A stretch of 44,320 nucleotides of DNA from Spirochaetia bacterium (GTDB taxonomy: Bacteria; Spirochaetota; Leptospiria; Turneriellales; JAOUFE01), in NCBI GenBank assembly GCA_029858425.1, contig JAOUFE010000003.1, forward strand, positions 1-44,320, given 5' to 3'. The position numbers and the translations under genes were made by a program. Positions 38,267-44,320 of the stretch are shown in pieces (the stretch's first letter is position 1; every line of letters starts with the position of its first letter). Under the pieces are notes generated by a model that did not search any database, was not told where the DNA came from, and saw only the letters and a list, made by a program, of their open reading frames with translations.

Positions 38267-39883
38267 TTACTTTCCTGTTTTTGCAAACATTCCATACGGA
38301 ATATTTACATATTCTATTTGATTGGCTTCGAGATAATCTTCATCGAGAAAACATGCCGGGGCATAAACAATGAGCCGCTCGTTTGGATTTGCAGCGCGTA
38401 TCTTTTCAGCCAGGGTTAAATTTAAGGCAAGTCTTGTCATTTCTGTAAAATCGGGTTTGTACACCAGGTAAATGGCAGACCTGCCATATCTACCTGCAAA
38501 ATAATGATCTGCATTGATTTCTTTTTCATTTGTATGGTGTTCGCCTGTGCAAAGATAATAAACGTATTTCGCAAATTCTTCATAAAACGGTAAGTCGCCG
38601 GATAAAATATTTTCCGGATCAATAGCCCTGCCGACTCGAAGATACCGAAAACCAGAATCATAACCATTTTTTTCAATAGCGCGCTTTACCCTTTCACGAG
38701 TGATGTCGCGACAAATATTTTTCTCCGGTTCAGCGGCAGAAGCTTCGGTCATTTGAACCATGATACACTTGCGATTACCACCGTCTTCTTTGTTGAGTTC
38801 CATTACCGCGTGCATCGTTGTACCGGAACCAGCGAAAGAGTCGAGAATGATTGAATCGGGGGAAGTCGAGATTTGGAGAATACGTTTGATTAGACTTGTT
38901 GGTTTTGGAGATTCAAATGGGTTAGCTTCCAATAATTCTTTTACTGTACGCTTAGCATCGTCATTACTACCCACTTCATCATAGAGCCAAATAGACTTGG
39001 GGACTAACTCCTGTTTTACTTCGGATAAAAATGTTTTTCTTGAAGGTGTCGCATTACCATCTTTGCCAAACCAGATTTCATTGTTGGCATCCATTTTTTT
39101 TAAAGTTTCTTCACTAAATCTTGGGTAAGTACCTTTGGGTGGAGACCAGGCCACGCCATTAATAAATTTAAAATGGAAGTCAATTTTGTTGCCGCTTTTT
39201 GCATGTAAAGGCGTAGCTTTCCATGGTCCGCGCAAATCACTATCTGGATTTTTATATGCATCGTTTTGTTTATCGCCGCGAGGAAGTCCGTTTAATTCAA
39301 ATATTTCTTTTTGCTTTGCAAATAGTAAAATAAAATCATGATTTCCACTAAAAAATTCAGCATCGTTGCTTTGTGTATATTTTTTTTGCCAGACAATATT
39401 TGTAATAAAATTATTTTCGCCAAATACCTCATCCATGATTTGTCGCAATGTATGTTGCTCATTATCGTCAATGCTAATGAATATTGCTCCATCATCAGCC
39501 AACAATTCCCTCAACAACTTCAACCTCGGAACCATCATACACAGCCATTTGTCATGACGGGTTAAATCTTCTTTGCCAACTTCTTTATATAGCCACTCCT
39601 TAATCAAGGGACTGTTTACATTATCATTGTAAACCCAACCTTTTCCGTTGCCATTATCATTGCCCGTGTTATACGGCGGATCAATATAAATACATTTAAT
39701 TTTCCCGGCATATTGTGGGAGTAAAGCTTTCAACGCTAAAAGATTGTCGCCTTCTATAATGAGATTATCTGCGCCTTTTTCTGCTTGAAAATGAAGTTTT
39801 TTATCTTCTTCGAGTGTATGATAAGGAATGGATAAATGATGATTCCAGATTACGGTTTTACCTTTAAATTGAAGTGTGGGCAT
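38267..39883 (-). CDS. mod: Type III restriction-modification DNA methyltransferase (N6-adenine)
   Basis: MPTLQFKGK, IEGDNLLAL, YIDPPYNTG, SPKPTSLI and LDSFAGSGTT; ATG 39883 has an AAAGGA RBS. Confidence 0.93.
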   Translation of the reverse strand: MPTLQFKGKTVIWNHHLSIPYHTLEEDKKLHFQAEKGADNLIIEGDNLLALKALLPQYAGKIKCIYIDPPYNTGNDNGNGKGWVYNDNVNSPLIKEWLYKEVGKEDLTRHDKWLCMMVPRLKLLRELLADDGAIFISIDDNEQHTLRQIMDEVFGENNFITNIVWQKKYTQSNDAEFFSGNHDFILLFAKQKEIFELNGLPRGDKQNDAYKNPDSDLRGPWKATPLHAKSGNKIDFHFKFINGVAWSPPKGTYPRFSEETLKKMDANNEIWFGKDGNATPSRKTFLSEVKQELVPKSIWLYDEVGSNDDAKRTVKELLEANPFESPKPTSLIKRILQISTSPDSIILDSFAGSGTTMHAVMELNKEDGGNRKCIMVQMTEASAAEPEKNICRDITRERVKRAIEKNGYDSGFRYLRVGRAIDPENILSGDLPFYEEFAKYVYYLCTGEHHTNEKEINADHYFAGRYGRSAIYLVYKPDFTEMTRLALNLTLAEKIRAANPNERLIVYAPACFLDEDYLEANQIEYVNIPYGMFAKTGK

Positions 39884-39960
39884 GGTTTTCCTTTGTGGAT
39901 ACAAATTATACCCTGCAAACGGTCTGACCAGTATTTTTATGTCACACTGGAATTTATTAT

Positions 39961-41544
39961 GTAACTTCTCAATAATCAGGATATATATACAAAACGACGC
40001 AGGAAATATTAATGTCCTATTTAAGACATGGAATTCAAATTATCAGATATTCCGGAGAACGAAAAAACTCCCCTGGTTTGTTTCTTATTGGAGATGATCC
40101 AGCAACTGACAGAAGAAGTTCGGCAGCTCAAAGACGAAGTCGCCCGATTAAAGGGGCATCCCGCCAGACCCAGCTTAAAACCAAGTACCACGATTGACAT
40201 TGATAAACTGGAAAGACAAAAAACCAGCGGCGGTTCGAAAAAAAAACTTCAAGAAGAAAACGAAGAAAAATCTTGTAATACATAATATAGAAAACGTTGA
40301 GCTGACCGTTATTCCCGAGGGTTCTGTGGCGATTTGCAGCGAATCCATCAAGGTTCAGGATATCCTGATTCGCCCCAATAATACGCGGTATACTCGCAAG
40401 GTCTGGAAAACTCCGGATGGAAAATTAATCAGAGCCAAGTGGCCTGTACATATTAACGGTCAATTTGGGTTTCATTTGAAGAGCTACATTATTTCGTTGT
40501 ACTTTGATTCCCACATGACGCAGCCTGCCATTTTACGCCACTTAACCGAAATTGGAATTGATATTTCATCGGGAGAAATTCACAATATTCTAATCGAAAA
40601 TAAGGATTTATTTCATAAGGAAAAAGAAGATATTTTAAAAGTCGGCTTGCAGATTTCAAAATCCATCACAACCGATGATACCGGCTTGCGTCATCGCGGC
40701 GCAAATGGATATTGTACGCACATCGGAAATGAATTCTTCGCCTACTTTAAAAGTTCCAACAGCAAAAGCCGGATAAATTTTCTGGAAATACCCTTAGAGT
40801 TTTGTCTGCTTCCAGGGGCAGAGATTTCAAAAATAAATCGGAATGGGAAAAGTATCTAAAAATTCTGGGCATACGCGACGAGTACTCTGCCAAAAAAGCT
40901 ACGGAAGGCGCTTTATTGGGCGTGATCATGAAAAAAATACAACCGGCTCTGGCGATTGTAAGCGATGATGCCGGTCAGTTTGATATTTTAAGACATGCTC
41001 TGTGTTGGGTTCATTCAGAACGCTGCATTACATCGATTCACGCCGTTAGCTACGATCAGGATCAAATAATAAAAGATATCCTTGAAAAATACTGGGAATT
41101 AGTTCGAAAACTTCATGAATACAAAAGAACTCCAATAGACAGAATACGCAAAGAGATTGTGGTGGATTTTGATCATCTTTTTAGCATAAAAACAGAAATG
41201 CCTTCGCTAAACAAAGCGCTGGCGTCTCTTTTCAAAAAGAAACAAGAATTATTGTTGGTACTTGAAGAGCCTGAAATTCCACTGACGAACAATATTAGCG
41301 AAAGGGATATTCGGGACCAGGCAAAAAAGAGAAAAATTTCAGCGGGAACCAGAAGCGAATCGGGCAGAAATGCCCGCGATACATTCATGACCCTGCAAAA
41401 GACCTGTAAAAAACTGGGGATTTCCTTCCACGATTATTTGCTCGACAGACTTTCCGGCGCTCATCTGATAGCTGACCTGACAAAATTAATGAAAACCAAA
41501 GCTGGAACAATTTACAAAGCCTTACCTGATTATTGAGAAGTTAC
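39961..41544 (+). mobile_element. IS66-family element (single-gene type), 1584 bp, defective
   Basis: Perfect 20-bp TIRs GTAACTTCTCAATAATCAGG / CCTGATTATTGAGAAGTTAC; no target duplication. Confidence 0.92.
40028..41536 (+). pseudogene. IS66 transposase split into three frames
   Basis: QLKDEVARLKG; VQDILIRP...TDDTG.RH...KSRINFL; VSDDAGQF...ALCWVH...PLTNNISERDIR...TCKKLGISF; breaks near the A9 run 40238-40246 and near 40790-40802. Confidence 0.9.
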
Positions 41545-41674
41545 AAAAATGTTCATAAAAATGTTCATTTTTTCATTGACTTTTTCTCTATGGATTAAAG
41601 TATAAACAAAGAAGCTTGTAATTTAAAGAATATAACCAGTTTTTAAAGTTATTTAACTTCTTAAGGAGATTAAA

Positions 41675-43147
41675 ATGAAAAAAATACATAAAACTGTAGT
41701 GATCATATTTACCCTGCTGGTGATTTCCATGCAAAACTTTTCTGCCTCGTCGGTTGACTCGATACCTTATCAAAACCAGACGCCGCCAACGGAAAATCAA
41801 CAAAATACGGATGATCAAACGCCTGCCGAACCCGAAATCCGGAGCGAAACCAATAAAAACGATCAAAATAAAGCGGAAATAATGGAAAAAAGAATGCCTG
41901 ACCTGGCGCGCATTGCCATCATTCCCATGCAAGATAGAACTGGTACTGAAAATTTTCAGTATTTGTCGGAAAGCTTAAGCGAGGCCATCCATTCTTCCAT
42001 GCAGAAAAATTTTCTCTACGCTCAAATTGACTCTTTAGAGGTAAAAAAGGCCATTTTTGATCTTGAACAGGAAGCCCTTGCCGTGGAAAAAGAATCCAAT
42101 GCGCGAAAAAATTTTTTTCTGGATATTTTTAGACCCCGACGAAAGCCCAAATCTGTCGAGAGAATTCAATTGGAAAAAACTCAAAAATTAGCCAAAAAAC
42201 TAAATGCCGATATTGTTATTTATGGAAATTACATTTTTGATGAAAAGAGTAATGAAATGGTTATTTCGACCAGTTTATACTTCGGACTTATAAATGCTAT
42301 CAGGCCAATCAGCGATATGCGGAATCCTGTGGACAATACCATCTTTACGACAACGGACAAAGCGGCAAAGGCAATTATTGTTGAAATTGACCTTATGGTG
42401 GTTTCCTTTGAAAAGAATCATCCGGAAATTGTCGAAAAAATAGAGACAAAAATGGACGAAAAAGCCGCTTCTGCGGAAGTTTTAACTGAAAAGACTTCAA
42501 CAGCATTCGCCGTTGAATCATCTGTTGAAGATGAAAAAGCGGTTTCTGAAATCAACGTTGAATCTGCAGAAAACGATTCCATAATCGAAGAGCCGCCCAA
42601 AAAAACCCTGACAAAAGAAATGGCCAGGGAAACAACGGGTAAACCCATTGAAGAAGAACCAATAGAAATGACAGAGATCGCCCCAGGCTGGGAAACAAAG
42701 AAAATGTCGCTCAGCCTGTTGCCGGGATTCTATATCAACAAAACATCTGCATCCGGTTTTTGCGGTACCTGCGATATGCAGTTAGGGCTGGCTGGCCGTT
42801 ACTGGATTTTTTCCCGTTTATACATGGGTTCAAAAATTGACCTTGCTGAAATCTGGAGTGAAAAAGTAGCTCCTGGCAGCCTTGCCCTGCTCGACGGTTT
42901 TGCCACCGTTGGTTACAGTATTTCCCATAAGCGATTTCTATTCAGCGCAGATCTGGGTATGGGTTACTACTTCGCTCCAGGAAAGACAAGAATCGATAAC
43001 CCAACCTTTGGCGTAAGCGCCTCTGCCGAGTATCTGCTCTCGAGGTCTTTTTCGATTGGTTTATCGGCCAACGCTCAAATGTACTACGATCAGCCAAACC
43101 CGCTTAACTTTGTCGGCCTGGGACTAATGTTAAATTATAATTTGTAG
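41675..43147 (+). CDS. Exported protein: TolB-N/FlgO-like alpha/beta domain, acidic linker, C-terminal outer-membrane beta-barrel
   Basis: AAGGAG RBS and signal peptide; RIAIIPMQDRTG..NFQYLSESLSEAI...LAKKLNADIVIYGNY; Glu-rich linker; amphipathic beta-strands ending VGLGLMLNYNL. Confidence 0.7.
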   Translation: MKKIHKTVVIIFTLLVISMQNFSASSVDSIPYQNQTPPTENQQNTDDQTPAEPEIRSETNKNDQNKAEIMEKRMPDLARIAIIPMQDRTGTENFQYLSESLSEAIHSSMQKNFLYAQIDSLEVKKAIFDLEQEALAVEKESNARKNFFLDIFRPRRKPKSVERIQLEKTQKLAKKLNADIVIYGNYIFDEKSNEMVISTSLYFGLINAIRPISDMRNPVDNTIFTTTDKAAKAIIVEIDLMVVSFEKNHPEIVEKIETKMDEKAASAEVLTEKTSTAFAVESSVEDEKAVSEINVESAENDSIIEEPPKKTLTKEMARETTGKPIEEEPIEMTEIAPGWETKKMSLSLLPGFYINKTSASGFCGTCDMQLGLAGRYWIFSRLYMGSKIDLAEIWSEKVAPGSLALLDGFATVGYSISHKRFLFSADLGMGYYFAPGKTRIDNPTFGVSASAEYLLSRSFSIGLSANAQMYYDQPNPLNFVGLGLMLNYNL

Positions 43148-43171
43148 AAATAGAAATATATGAGGTGTAAT

Positions 43172-44320
43172 ATGAAATATTTTAAAGAATTGCTGATAAT
43201 CTCTGTGCTTTTAATTTTTTCTTCATGCAAGGCATCCTATTTATATGATTTGGTGAATGGAAAAAATACAATCACAAATACAGGCGCCATTGCAAGTACA
43301 AGTACAACAAGTACAAGTACAACAAGTACACAATCACCCATCTCTGCATTTGCATATGTGGCGAACAATGGCAATAACAACGTTTCGATGTATGCGATCG
43401 ACGCTGCCACGGGCGTACTTACCGCAAACGGAACCATTGCGGCCGGGACAGGTCCAATTTCTGTAACGGTAGACCCCACCGGACGATTTGCATTTGTGGC
43501 GAACTCTGGCGGCAACAACGTGTCCATGTACACCATCAACCCTGCCACGGGCGTACTTACCGCAAACGGAGCCATTGCGGCCGGAACAGGGCCAATGTCT
43601 GTAACGGTAGACCCAACCGGGCGATTTGCATTTACGGCAAACTCCACCACTAACGATGTGTCCATGTACACAGTAAACCCTGTCACGGGCGTACTTGCCG
43701 CAAACGGGATGGCCATCCCGGCAGGGACACAGCCAATGTCTGTAACGGTAGACCCAACCGGAAGATTTGCATTTGTGGCGAACTATGTCAGTAACAACGT
43801 GTCCATGTACACCATCAACCCGGCCACGGGCGTACTTGCCGCAAGCGGGACAGTCGCGGCCGGGACAGCTCCAATTTCTGTAACGGTAGACCCAACCGGA
43901 CGATTTGCGTTTGTGGCAAACGGCGCCAGCTCCAACGTGTCGATGTATACGATAAACTCAGCCACGGGAGCGCTTACCGCAAACGGAACCATCGCAGCAG
44001 GGACAACTTCACGTTCTGTGACAATCGACCCAACCGGACGATTTGCATTTGTGGCAAACACCGCCAGTAACGACGTGTCGATGTACACGATCAACACATC
44101 GACGGGCGCGCTTACCGCAAACGGTACCATCGCAACAGGAGCAAGTCCATTATCTGTGACGGTAGACTCAACCGGACGATTTGCATTTGTGGCAAACGCT
44201 GGCAGCGCCAACGTTTCGATGTACACGATCAACTCGACCACGGGCGTACTTACCGCAAACGGCAGCAGCGCGGCCGGGACAAACCCGGCTTTTGTAACGG
44301 TAGTGCGCAGCAAACCGCGC
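43172..44320 (+). CDS. Seven-bladed beta-propeller (lactonase-fold) lipoprotein; runs off the window end
   Basis: GAGGTG RBS, MKYFKELLIISVLLIFSSC lipobox, Ser/Thr linker, then seven FAFVAN...VSMYTI...TGVLTANG...GT.P.SVTVDPTGR repeats; frame open to 44320; absent from the ORF track. Confidence 0.9.
   Translation, partial: MKYFKELLIISVLLIFSSCKASYLYDLVNGKNTITNTGAIASTSTTSTSTTSTQSPISAFAYVANNGNNNVSMYAIDAATGVLTANGTIAAGTGPISVTVDPTGRFAFVANSGGNNVSMYTINPATGVLTANGAIAAGTGPMSVTVDPTGRFAFTANSTTNDVSMYTVNPVTGVLAANGMAIPAGTQPMSVTVDPTGRFAFVANYVSNNVSMYTINPATGVLAASGTVAAGTAPISVTVDPTGRFAFVANGASSNVSMYTINSATGALTANGTIAAGTTSRSVTIDPTGRFAFVANTASNDVSMYTINTSTGALTANGTIATGASPLSVTVDSTGRFAFVANAGSANVSMYTINSTTGVLTANGSSAAGTNPAFVTVVRSKPR
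43293..43330 (+). repeat. 15-bp in-frame tandem repeat (STSTT linker)
   Basis: CAAGTACAAGTACAA x about 2.5. Confidence 0.85.
43349..44302 (+). repeat. Seven 138-bp (one 141-bp) coding tandem repeats
   Basis: Units start at 43349, 43487, 43625, 43766, 43904, 44042 and 44180, with high nucleotide identity. Confidence 0.92.

Noticed and set aside
38267-39883. Phase-variable mod (phasevarion)
   Set aside because: No simple-sequence repeat tract in the gene or its leader
43349-44302. Tandem repeats as a CRISPR array or DGR template/variable pair
   Set aside because: Units are in-frame coding repeats with no unique spacers; no cas or reverse transcriptase gene is in the window, and differences are not adenine-specific
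43237-44313. Minus-strand repetitive ORFs 43237-43716 and 43783-44313
   Set aside because: Antisense shadows of the + strand propeller gene, which has an RBS, a lipobox and a continuous frame

Overview
A 44.3-kb, AT-rich bacterial chromosomal segment, probably from a Leptospiraceae-like spirochaete (inferred from gene content and spirochaete-type lipoproteins, not verified). The backbone is housekeeping: rpe-mqnD-pyrE, korAB, galU-aminotransferase-manC, radC, kdsA/hemH/pdxH, dksA, ahcY, ctpA, plsX, a lytic transglycosylase, tpiA, recJ, bactofilin, a PPIase, an MFS transporter, acyP, patatin and purB. Accessory content: an intact IS1182-family element with 4-bp target duplication; a broken IS66 element; a type III restriction-modification operon with a VapBC-type toxin-antitoxin pair translationally coupled between mod and res; an orphan vapB pseudogene; and a terminal two-gene cassette. 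That cassette encodes a TolB-N/FlgO-like domain fused to a beta-barrel, plus a 7-blade beta-propeller lipoprotein missing from the ORF track. Intergenic DNA holds at least three families of miniature inverted-repeat elements. One family occurs as full, truncated and 36-bp minimal forms and has a hairpin with compensatory changes. No rRNA, tRNA or CRISPR array was seen. All family assignments come from motif recognition by eye; no database searches were run.
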